Shown: positions 25,183 through 33,513 of the stretch, piece by piece
How the letters are laid out: every line of letters starts with the position of its first letter
How positions within the stretch are numbered: the first letter of the stretch is position 1
Source of the DNA: an uncultured Pseudomonadales bacterium
GTDB taxonomy: Bacteria > Pseudomonadota > Gammaproteobacteria > Pseudomonadales > JAUIET01
NCBI GenBank assembly: GCA_964352475.1
Contig: CAYGSL010000008.1
Coordinates: forward strand, 8,191-72,190
Direction: 5' to 3'
DNA length: 64,000 nucleotides
The notes under the pieces: model-generated
The model's database searches: none
What the model was told of the DNA's origin: nothing
The model's input: the letters and a program-made list of their open reading frames with translations, nothing else
Translations under genes and position numbers: made by a program

Positions 25183-27171
25183 TCAAACTGCTTTCGTAAC
25201 GTCTTTAGGAAGTTTAAACGGTAAAGACATTACTATTCTGGCACCCGCTGAAGAGGGTTCCGCGTGTATCTCGCCATGCATTCGCGAAACAAGTTGCCTG
25301 CAAATTGCCAGCCCCATGCCTAAGCCGCCTTCGCGACTGCTTGCTGCCTGAGAGAATGGGTCGAACACAGATTGGAGATATTCCTCTTCAATGCCTTTTC
25401 CACAGTCCTGGATGATGAATTTGATCATACTTGTGTCTATGGAAAGCTTCTCAGGCACAACCATTAATTGAATCGTACCGTCGCTACTGAACTTGATTGC
25501 ATTGTCTAGCAGTTGTTTCAAGATCAAGCACAACCTGGACTCGTCGCCAATCAGCAGCGCTGGTAACTCGTCACTTAAATCAATCGACAAGCGCAGGCTT
25601 TTTTCGCGCAATTGCGGAAGATAATTTGTTTGCATCTGCTTGCCGATATCAGCCAGGGCAATCAGGTCACCAGGCTCGTCCGCTGACAGGCTTTGTGCTT
25701 CTGTAAATCCGAGTAAGGTATTCACCAATTCCAGCATATGTTCAGCCGATATATTGGCCGATAGTGCGTACTCCTCGATTTCAGGACCTATTTCTTCCAA
25801 TCGCAACAACTCAAGCGAACCAAGAATACCATTCAGAGGAGTACGTAGTTCATGACTGACTTTAGCGAGGAACTCGTCTTTCAAGGCGTCACTGCGTTCG
25901 AGCTGGGCAAGGCCGAGACTAAGCTCTCGATTACCCGCGTGCAAATCTTCGCGAGCGCGTTCAGCAATGAGAGACTTTTCTTCCCGAACTGCTTTTATCT
26001 TCTCGCCCAGCGCCAGCGCCAACAGCAAGGCCTCCAGTGCTGACCCGTATTTCGCCGCATTAGCCGTGAATGCGTTGGGTGGCAACACACCGGTAGATAC
26101 CAACATGAAGATGGTGGAACCGATCAGCAAGCAGGTCCATCCCAGCAAAAAGTACTTGGCACCAGGATAACGTTTGACCGTGGCAAGCGCGCCTGTCCAA
26201 ATAAGTGCAATGGAAAGAACAAACGTCAGCACGTTGCCAAAGCCCAGCGATAACTGATAACTGGTGACAAAGCTGAATAGCATCAACAGTGCGCAAAACA
26301 CCGCCACCATCTTCAGAAGCCGGTCGGTCCACGCACTGTGAGTATACGTCTCCAGAAAATGACGTGTGAAAAAAATTGCGAACAAAGACGAGGCACCCAT
26401 AAAAAATGGAATGCTGATGTTTGACCACGCGGTGGCAGCGGGCCATAAATAAAGTGAGCCCAAGCCAGCTATGGAAAGCTGCAGAAACGCGAATGAGCTG
26501 ATGTACAACACGTAGTGTAAGTAGCTTCGCTCTCGCAGAGAGAAAAACAGCAGCAAATTGTAGGCCGCCATCATCAACAAAACGCCCAGGTATATGCCAA
26601 AGCCCAATTGCGAGCGGCTTCGTTGCTCAAAAATCGCGGCTGGCGCCCATATAGTTATGGGTATTTGCAGCGAACTATTTGTTTTTACCCTAAGGTAAAC
26701 TTCCTGCGCCTGGTTAGGCGGGAAACGCAGATAAAAGGCATGATTCAGATTCGGTGAGTTACGCACCGATTGCGGTCTTCGATCGCCGGATTGCAAATGA
26801 CTGAGGCTGTCGTGTGCCTGGTAATACAAATCCACGTAATCCAGAGCAGCGTAGGCGATTTCCAAAATCCAGTCGTGACTTCGTTCGCGCTCTGCTTCCG
26901 GTAAGCGGTAAAATAAAGTCATTTTGAACCAGAATGCGGAGTCTGAATAACCGCCGGAAAATTGCTTAGGCGCTACCTTGCTGAAGCGCTGTTCGGGCAG
27001 ATTCATCACTTCGTCGATGGTCAGATTTCCAGAGGGGTCCTCCAGATAAATCGCGTGTTGCAACGCCTTGTATTGGCTTGCGGATTGTTCCAGCGTCAAC
27101 GGTGCTGCGTGCACTAATATCGGCAACAGGAACAGCCAGGAGCCTAAGATTTGTAGCACACGCATAGCCAC
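25183..27171 (-). CDS. 7TMR-DISM-type sensor histidine kinase (no receiver domain, no adjacent response regulator)
   Basis: Signal peptide plus a periplasmic domain of about 170 aa, then seven hydrophobic segments. H-box SHELRTPLNG. N/G boxes DNAIKFS, DCGKGI, GGLGMGLAI. Confidence 0.85.
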   Translation of the reverse strand: MAMRVLQILGSWLFLLPILVHAAPLTLEQSASQYKALQHAIYLEDPSGNLTIDEVMNLPEQRFSKVAPKQFSGGYSDSAFWFKMTLFYRLPEAERERSHDWILEIAYAALDYVDLYYQAHDSLSHLQSGDRRPQSVRNSPNLNHAFYLRFPPNQAQEVYLRVKTNSSLQIPITIWAPAAIFEQRSRSQLGFGIYLGVLLMMAAYNLLLFFSLRERSYLHYVLYISSFAFLQLSIAGLGSLYLWPAATAWSNISIPFFMGASSLFAIFFTRHFLETYTHSAWTDRLLKMVAVFCALLMLFSFVTSYQLSLGFGNVLTFVLSIALIWTGALATVKRYPGAKYFLLGWTCLLIGSTIFMLVSTGVLPPNAFTANAAKYGSALEALLLALALGEKIKAVREEKSLIAERAREDLHAGNRELSLGLAQLERSDALKDEFLAKVSHELRTPLNGILGSLELLRLEEIGPEIEEYALSANISAEHMLELVNTLLGFTEAQSLSADEPGDLIALADIGKQMQTNYLPQLREKSLRLSIDLSDELPALLIGDESRLCLILKQLLDNAIKFSSDGTIQLMVVPEKLSIDTSMIKFIIQDCGKGIEEEYLQSVFDPFSQAASSREGGLGMGLAICRQLVSRMHGEIHAEPSSAGARIVMSLPFKLPKDVTKAV

Positions 27172-27399
27172 ATACTATAGCATGCGCGTCACGTCCGGCC
27201 ATTCAGGGATAAACGGGACTGGTTCATAATTTGTTCAGCATGAGTGTGATCAAATTGGCAAAATACTGTCTAAACCGGCTGTGCATAAAACAAACTGAAG
27301 CAATCGGATATAGTTTATATATTGACCAACCGGATGCAGCCCATACACCTGGCATGTCATACCACAACAAGGAAATGTTCGCGACAGCAGGGGATTTAC

Positions 27400-29529
27400 A
27401 TGCGACATAAAGTGCAACACATACTGATCGGGCTAATGGTGCTGTTTGCGCCTTCATTGCAGGCTTTGCCTGACTCGCTTCATTTAAACGGCCATGACTA
27501 CGAGTTGATTCTGGAGCAAAACACCCGATTGCACAGTAAGTTACGCGGCGACAGCGGTGGTCAGCACTATACAGGCCATTTACCAGCCGTTGACGGCAGC
27601 TGGGTGCGCTTGTCGCAAATTGATGGCAGCTGGAGTGGCCTGGCCTCAATGGCAGGTGAGACTTACACAATTTCCGGTGACGCTCTTCGCGCGCAAGCCC
27701 AGTTCAATGCCGATGTTGCGGCCAACGTCAGCAGCAATTCAGTGCTGGCCAGCCCGGTAGCGGATATGCCACACAAAGGCTGTGCAACCAGAGAGCCTCA
27801 TGCCGCTCACAGCGTATTCGACGACGCCACTCCCGCTAGCGCTCACTCGGTGTTTGCCGAGCCCGTTAAGCTGCAAGCCGACTTTTCAGAATTGTGCGCG
27901 AATCTGGTGGACGGCGTTTGTATGCTCGCTGAAATTGAATTTGTGTTCGACCAGCAATTTCAAAGCCAGCTCAGCGACCCACAGGCCACAGCAACCGCCA
28001 TTGTTAACATGGTGGAAGGTTATTACGACGAAGCCTTTGATATTGTGTTTGACGTAATCACCATGGAATTCCTAAGCAGCGAAGTATTCACCACCTCAAC
28101 CGACGCCGACGTGCTTCTGGGTGGAACTGACGCCATGCACCCGGTTGAAGACCCGCTCTCCATTCGTGCGCTGAGCAGCAACAACCAACTCGCTTTTGAA
28201 CAAAGCCGAACAGCCTTGATGCATCTTATAACCGGCCGTAACTTTGATGGTGGAACAGCCGGCATTGCTTTTACTGACGTGCTTTGCAATGGCAACGGCT
28301 TTGCATCAGGCACGTCCCAGTTACTAGGCGTGGGTTCAAACCCGGCGTCCATCACAGCACTAATTGCTGCCCACGAAATTGGCCACAACTTTGGCGCGAA
28401 CCACGACGGTGTAGACAACAGCTGTGCCAATGGTTTCCTGATGGAACCCTCGCTAAGTCCATCCACTTCAGGGTTTTCAAGTTGCAGCTTCACAGAAGTC
28501 GAATCCTCAATCGACTCCATAGGCTCATTAGGGCAGTGCTTTAACTTCCCCGTGGATACCGCGATTGCAGCAGATGCCGGCAATCCGTCCAGCGCAGACA
28601 TGGGCAGTCAGTTTGCGTCCAGTTTTTCGCTGAGCACCGAAATTGCCTCGCAATCCATACCCCAGCTACTTGTACAGGGCTCTATTTCTGCGGGAGAAGG
28701 TAATTTCGTATCAGCCACTCTGAATGGTGCTGCGTGTATGGTGGCAGGAAACACCTACAGCTGCACCCTGAGCAGCCCCGGTGCTAGCGCCAATTTGCAA
28801 GTAACCGCTGTAGGCAATGCAGAAAACGTCAGCTTTCAGCACACCGTAAGCGCTGACGGCAGCAGCGATCTATCGGAGACTGATCTATCCAACAATACGG
28901 TTACACAAGCCTTAACATTTGCTGCAGTTGAACCTACTCCTGAGCCTGAGCCCGAGCCCGAGCCAACTCCAGAGCCTACCCCTGAACCCACTGAGCCAGC
29001 GCCCACACAAAACCAGCAACAAGCAGCCGCTTCTGACGGCGGTGGTGGCGGTGGCTCTGTTGGCCTCATGACTCTGCTAATGCTGCTGCTACTCACAATA
29101 CGTCGCGGCGCATTAGCGATGTGTTCAGTCGCATTGTTATCCGCCTGTCAGGCAAGCACCACACATTCAGCATCCAAAGAAAACACATTTAGTACGCTTC
29201 CTGCACAATACAGTGTGGTGCAGCAAAAAAATTGTTATTGCACACCAGAGACTATTCGCCCGATCAAGGTTTGGGTGAGTAATGGTGAGATTAACCGGGC
29301 TGTTTATGAGGATGATGGTAGCGCTGTGCCACAGCAAGTAAGCGAGCACCTTAAGTCTGTCGAACAATGGCAGCGTGATGTAGACACCTGGAAAAGCCGC
29401 GATCCGCACAAGCTGGAGTTGGCTTTTTACGAGGGCACAGAGCTACTCAAAAAAATTGATTTCGATCCCAGCAATATGAAGTCGGACGATGAGTTCACGG
29501 TAGAATTTAGGGATTATCAAAGAACTTAG
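27400..29529 (+). CDS. Secreted metzincin (reprolysin/M12B-like) zinc metalloprotease with PE/PT linker and an internal GlyGly-CTERM-like signal; the frame continues into a lipoprotein-like module
   Basis: ATG 27400 gives MRHKVQHILIGLMVLFAPSLQA. Zinc site HEIGHNFGANHDG. Linker EPTPEPEPEPEPTPEPTPEPTEPAPT at 28930 onward. GGGGGGSVGLMTLLMLLLLTIRRGALA at 29038..29118. There is no in-frame stop before 29529. Confidence 0.75.
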   Translation: MRHKVQHILIGLMVLFAPSLQALPDSLHLNGHDYELILEQNTRLHSKLRGDSGGQHYTGHLPAVDGSWVRLSQIDGSWSGLASMAGETYTISGDALRAQAQFNADVAANVSSNSVLASPVADMPHKGCATREPHAAHSVFDDATPASAHSVFAEPVKLQADFSELCANLVDGVCMLAEIEFVFDQQFQSQLSDPQATATAIVNMVEGYYDEAFDIVFDVITMEFLSSEVFTTSTDADVLLGGTDAMHPVEDPLSIRALSSNNQLAFEQSRTALMHLITGRNFDGGTAGIAFTDVLCNGNGFASGTSQLLGVGSNPASITALIAAHEIGHNFGANHDGVDNSCANGFLMEPSLSPSTSGFSSCSFTEVESSIDSIGSLGQCFNFPVDTAIAADAGNPSSADMGSQFASSFSLSTEIASQSIPQLLVQGSISAGEGNFVSATLNGAACMVAGNTYSCTLSSPGASANLQVTAVGNAENVSFQHTVSADGSSDLSETDLSNNTVTQALTFAAVEPTPEPEPEPEPTPEPTPEPTEPAPTQNQQQAAASDGGGGGGSVGLMTLLMLLLLTIRRGALAMCSVALLSACQASTTHSASKENTFSTLPAQYSVVQQKNCYCTPETIRPIKVWVSNGEINRAVYEDDGSAVPQQVSEHLKSVEQWQRDVDTWKSRDPHKLELAFYEGTELLKKIDFDPSNMKSDDEFTVEFRDYQRT
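29119..29529 (+). CDS. Possible independent small lipoprotein (136 aa) nested in frame at the 3' end of the protease ORF; DUF6174-like CYC motif (tentative)
   Basis: An internal ATG gives MCSVALLSAC-QAST (signal + lipobox LLSAC), then YSVVQQKNCYCTPETIRPIKVWVSNGEI. No clear RBS. An out-of-frame TAG at 29114..29116 lies 2 nt upstream. Confidence 0.4.
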   Translation: MCSVALLSACQASTTHSASKENTFSTLPAQYSVVQQKNCYCTPETIRPIKVWVSNGEINRAVYEDDGSAVPQQVSEHLKSVEQWQRDVDTWKSRDPHKLELAFYEGTELLKKIDFDPSNMKSDDEFTVEFRDYQRT

Positions 29530-29586
29530 GTGCCGAGCTTCGGCATTGCGTGAGGTATGCCAACCTAATCGAATAGCACTAAGGCT

Positions 29587-29690
29587 GTCGCGAATACATC
29601 TGCTGGCGGGACCGTTGAAAAGAGGGGCCTTTTCAACGAGCCCCCATGGATGGGTTTACGGCGCGTCCCGCCAGCAGATGTATTTGCGAC
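29587..29690. repeat. Nested palindromic intergenic element between convergent genes (possible bidirectional terminator or REP/MITE-like unit)
   Basis: Outer 26-nt arms GTCGCGAATACATCTGCTGGCGGGAC (29587..29612) and GTCCCGCCAGCAGATGTATTTGCGAC (29665..29690) have one mismatch, which is G-U compatible. Inner hairpin: CGTTGAAAAG (29613..29622), loop AGGGGC, CTTTTCAACG (29629..29638). Confidence 0.7.
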
Positions 29691-29753
29691 TGCCGTTCCA
29701 ACTACTTTAGCGCCAGCAAATACGATAAGCGAAAACTATAACGAAATTGGAAA

Positions 29754-31016
29754 TCACCGATTCTCAAGCCGCACCCCAAATCTCTCAGTATAAAACCGAT
29801 ACCGCTCATAAAGCGCAGCACTGTCCAATCCAAAATCTTCCTTAAGATCGTACTCAATCTGCCCATACTTCCCACGCGGATTATCTCGCATATATCCCTG
29901 CATTGCCCCCATGATTTCCGGCGTCATTGAATGCCCCGCACGATCATAAATGCGCTCAACGGTCGCAATATCATCCGCCATAAACTCATGAAACAGAACC
30001 TGGCTGGTGCGCGCCCCTGGCAAACAACTTACTCCATCGACACACCCCTGCAACATTCGCTGCACACGATCCACCCAATAGTTGGCTATATCAACGGGAC
30101 GCACAGGATCTCGACTTAGACGAGCAGAGTAACTCAGCATCGTTAGCAAAGAGACAGTTACCGACACCGGGTCTCGATGAGTTAGAACAAAGCTCGCATC
30201 CGGGAACACCTCCACTAACTGCGGTAGCTGCTCCAGGTGCTGTGGCGATTTTAGAATCCAGCGCGTGGGCCCTCGCAACCACTGTAGCGCCTTCAAACAA
30301 CGCTTCAAAAACTGGTAGTGCTGTGTTTGTTCATGACGTACAAAATAATCCCGCCATTCAGGCATCAGAGCGTAGTTCTCGAACAACATCATCGAGAAAT
30401 CCAGACCCATGAGTTCAATCTCCTCATGCGTGTGCTCTGGTGACATATCATGCATATTCTTGAACAATGGCATGATCATATCCTGAACCGACAATTGCTC
30501 CCGACACTGCAAAACCCTTGGGTCATCAGGGTCAAACTTGCATGGTTGCGCATTGGCTGGAAACGGCTCAATTGATTCCCAGTAAGGCAGTGAACGCAGA
30601 CGTTCGTCCACAGAAATCAAATTAAGCAAGTGCGTTGTGCCGCTGCGGGGCAGGCCGGCAATCACAATGGGTTGCTTGATTTCAATTTGCTCGATTTCGG
30701 GGTGTTTCTGGTAGAGATCTTCAAGCTGACTGCGCTGAGCCGCATATCTCACCATAATATGGAAATTGTTTTGCCTGCCAAAAGGCGACAGATCAGAGTC
30801 CGCCTCCATTGCCGCAAGCAAAACGCCCATCCTCTCCAGATAACCTGGGTCCTCGTAAGCAGTAAGGCCGGTTTGAGCTTCAGCAGCGCGAAGCACGGAG
30901 CTTACACTCAAATCAACCGGAGTTTGTGCAGCCGCCTCGAAAAGATCCAGCACAAAATCAGGCAATTCGGGGGCTCTCAAGTCGTGGATCCGTAGTGAAG
31001 GAGGTCGTTTGCTCAT
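29754..31016 (-). CDS. Sulfotransferase-family protein (420 aa from ATG 31016)
   Basis: PAPS 5'-phosphosulfate-binding loop GLPRSGTTHLLNLIS. The ORF-track start 31091 adds a hydrophobic, unlikely extension. Confidence 0.75.
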   Translation of the reverse strand: MSKRPPSLRIHDLRAPELPDFVLDLFEAAAQTPVDLSVSSVLRAAEAQTGLTAYEDPGYLERMGVLLAAMEADSDLSPFGRQNNFHIMVRYAAQRSQLEDLYQKHPEIEQIEIKQPIVIAGLPRSGTTHLLNLISVDERLRSLPYWESIEPFPANAQPCKFDPDDPRVLQCREQLSVQDMIMPLFKNMHDMSPEHTHEEIELMGLDFSMMLFENYALMPEWRDYFVRHEQTQHYQFLKRCLKALQWLRGPTRWILKSPQHLEQLPQLVEVFPDASFVLTHRDPVSVTVSLLTMLSYSARLSRDPVRPVDIANYWVDRVQRMLQGCVDGVSCLPGARTSQVLFHEFMADDIATVERIYDRAGHSMTPEIMGAMQGYMRDNPRGKYGQIEYDLKEDFGLDSAALYERYRFYTERFGVRLENR

Positions 31017-31153
31017 CGTTGCTGTACTCAATATTGCCGGTAGCAATGAGGCTAAATGAAAAAGCGTCGGTAAGAAATTAGGCTTTGGCAATTATTCTGG
31101 CGATCCAGTGAATTTAGGCAGCGTATAATGGTCGTATAACTAGTTGTAGGCCG

Positions 31154-31732
31154 ATGGAGCACCCAGTGTCGCTGAATACACTGATAGTCAGTAATGTAGG
31201 CATTCTCAGGCAAGCCATTGAATTGCTGGATAAATTAAGTGAGAAGCAGTATTGCCACAGCGATGTGTGCGGTGCTCCAAGCTCGGTTGGCAAACATATG
31301 CGCCATATTATTGAGCATTATCAAAGCTTTCTTTCCGGACTGGACGCTGGCCTGGTCAATTACAATACCCGGCCCCGCTGTGCCGAAGCTGAAACAAGCC
31401 GCGAGTTTGCGAACCGGGCTGTTCAGCAAGTAATAGAACAGCTGGAGCGCATGGACACGCCAGCGCTGGATCTTGATCAGCTGCTGGACGTGTACCTGCA
31501 AACCACTGTCTGCGGTGATTCCGAGCCGCCAGTACGTTCCACGCTTGCCCGCGAATTTGTATTTTTACATGGCCACGCCGTGCATCATTTTGCTCAACTG
31601 GCAGCACAGCTGCAGTTGATGGGCTCAGGGATTGATGCCGGCCAGCTGGGCAAGGCACCGTCTACCATAGAGTATGAAGCGAAATTATTGGCGGAAAGTG
31701 GCCGTATACAAGCCAAGAGAGTGGCGGGATGA
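31154..31732 (+). CDS. DinB-superfamily (metal-binding four-helix bundle) protein
   Basis: His-rich motifs KHMRHIIEHY and LHGHAVHHFAQ are typical of a DinB-like His triad. Overlaps the downstream olsB-like gene by 4 nt. Confidence 0.6.
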   Translation: MEHPVSLNTLIVSNVGILRQAIELLDKLSEKQYCHSDVCGAPSSVGKHMRHIIEHYQSFLSGLDAGLVNYNTRPRCAEAETSREFANRAVQQVIEQLERMDTPALDLDQLLDVYLQTTVCGDSEPPVRSTLAREFVFLHGHAVHHFAQLAAQLQLMGSGIDAGQLGKAPSTIEYEAKLLAESGRIQAKRVAG

Positions 31733-32568
31733 ACACTAGTGATGGTGTGCAAACACTGAGCGCTGATGCCAGCAAATCAGTGTCACAGACACCTGCGCCT
31801 TCCGATTATGCGATACAAGCAGGCAGGTTTGAGGTGCGCTTTGCCAATAGTCACAGCGAGTTGCAAGGTGCGCAGGCGCTGCGTTACCAAACACTGTTTG
31901 TGGAGCACGGCGGTCGCGTTACAGAGAACATGTTAAAGACCGGCCGCGAAGAAGACCCATTGGATGATGTGGCGCACCACGTTATCGTTATTGACAGAGA
32001 GCAGGAAAATCATCCTGTTGTTGGCACCTTACGTCTGCTGAGTAGCTTGGCTCTGTCAGCCGATCAACGGTTTTATACCGAGCAGGCGTATAACATTGAC
32101 TGTCTGCGAACCCGCTATAACAAACTTCTGGAGCTCAGTCGTTTTTGTATCGAGCCGGAAGGGCGCAGCGGTGCAATTTTAAAATTGATATGGAAGTTCA
32201 CTTTGCAGTTTATTATTGCTGAGCGTTTTGATCTTATGCTTGGTTGTGCCAGCTTCCCTGGTACAGACGCCACCAAGCACCAATCTATATTGTCTTATCT
32301 TTACCAGAATAATTTGGCTCCAGTGGAATTGCGCGCATCAGCGACCGCCAGTAATAGCATACGCATCGACAGCTTTCTAAGCGAAAATGCTGATTGGAAA
32401 GACGCAATGCGATCTGTGCCTACCTTATTACGCGGTTATCTTAAAATGGGTGCAAAGATAACGGATACAGCAATAATTGACCCCGTGTTCAACACCGTAT
32501 TCGTTGGTATTTATGTTGATGCCAGGGATATGGTCATGCAAAATAACGGACTCGCCCAAAATAGTTGA
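31729..32568 (+). CDS. olsB: GNAT-family N-acyltransferase of the OlsB type (aminolipid, e.g. ornithine lipid, first step)
   Basis: FEVRFANSHSELQGAQALRYQTLFVEHGG and LELSRFCIEPEGR are characteristic of OlsB / hemolysin-like acyltransferases. Coupled by a 4-nt overlap to a PlsC-type acyltransferase gene. Confidence 0.7.
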   Translation: MNTSDGVQTLSADASKSVSQTPAPSDYAIQAGRFEVRFANSHSELQGAQALRYQTLFVEHGGRVTENMLKTGREEDPLDDVAHHVIVIDREQENHPVVGTLRLLSSLALSADQRFYTEQAYNIDCLRTRYNKLLELSRFCIEPEGRSGAILKLIWKFTLQFIIAERFDLMLGCASFPGTDATKHQSILSYLYQNNLAPVELRASATASNSIRIDSFLSENADWKDAMRSVPTLLRGYLKMGAKITDTAIIDPVFNTVFVGIYVDARDMVMQNNGLAQNS

Positions 32569-33398
32569 TCCCAGTGTATAAACTGTTCATGCCCATACGC
32601 AAGATGGTGGCCTTCCTGTTGCTGATTGTGTGGGGTGTGATAATGGTAGTTACGTTTTTTGTGGCAAAAATGCTGCGTTATTCCGGCCTCGACAAGATTC
32701 CCAGACTGTTTCACAGAGGGTGTTGCATAATCTTTGGTATTCGTGTTCAGGTGCACGGCGAACTGTGTACACGCCAACCTTGCTTATACGTTGGAAATCA
32801 CATTTCGTATCTGGATGTATTTGTATTGGGCGGCATTGTGCCGGGCTTCTTTATTGCCAAGTCTGATGTGGCAAATTGGCCAATTTTAGGGAGCCTGGCG
32901 CGACTGCAGAACACCTTGTTTTTTGAACGAGACAGGCGTCGCGCCGTAGTTCAGATCGCGATTATGAAAGAGCACTTGCGTGAAGGTGGAAACCTGATTT
33001 TGTTCCCGGAAGGTACCAGCACTTATGGGACATCAGTAAAGCGATTTAAATCCAGCCTGTTCCAGGCGGCAGAGATTGATGAGCATGAAGTATCCATTCA
33101 ACCGATGACGGTGTCATACACAAGGTGCCGCGGTAAACCCATGAGCGCAGAATTTCGCGATTACTTCGCATGGTATGACACCATGCCATTCTTTAGCCAT
33201 TTTCTCGGTGCGCTAGGAGCTCCTACCGTAACTGCAGAAATCTATTTCGCTGAGCCGGTGCTGGTCACAGATTTCGAATCTCGAAAAGCCTGTGCAGCTC
33301 ATTGTTGGAGCGAGAGTCAGAGACTACTCATTGAGAGTTTGCGAGAAGGCGATGAGGTGCGGCGAGAAACGCATTCTAATTCAGAGTTCGCCGTATAG
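32565..33398 (+). CDS. olsA: Lysophospholipid (PlsC-family) acyltransferase, OlsA-like
   Basis: N-terminal TM segment. Acyltransferase motifs GNHISYLD and LFPEGTST. Confidence 0.75.
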   Translation: MIPVYKLFMPIRKMVAFLLLIVWGVIMVVTFFVAKMLRYSGLDKIPRLFHRGCCIIFGIRVQVHGELCTRQPCLYVGNHISYLDVFVLGGIVPGFFIAKSDVANWPILGSLARLQNTLFFERDRRRAVVQIAIMKEHLREGGNLILFPEGTSTYGTSVKRFKSSLFQAAEIDEHEVSIQPMTVSYTRCRGKPMSAEFRDYFAWYDTMPFFSHFLGALGAPTVTAEIYFAEPVLVTDFESRKACAAHCWSESQRLLIESLREGDEVRRETHSNSEFAV

Positions 33399-33513
33399 CC
33401 GGGTTCAAAGTGCCCAAAGTGAACGAATAGTTACGCGATTACGACAGTCAACTGGACCTGACTGCGGGGAAAGCCGACAATAGTGACCCGTAGTGCAAAT
33501 AACAACGAACTTC

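Noticed and set aside
28930-29007. PE/PT-rich DNA repeats (and the PK repeat at 19027..19089) as CRISPR-like or microsatellite non-coding arrays
   Set aside because: Both are in-frame low-complexity linkers inside well-supported genes. There are no spacer-repeat periodicity and no cas genes.
33399-33513. Possible glycine riboswitch upstream of the alanine/glycine symporter
   Set aside because: I could not find the conserved glycine-riboswitch core elements, and 115 nt is short for a tandem aptamer.
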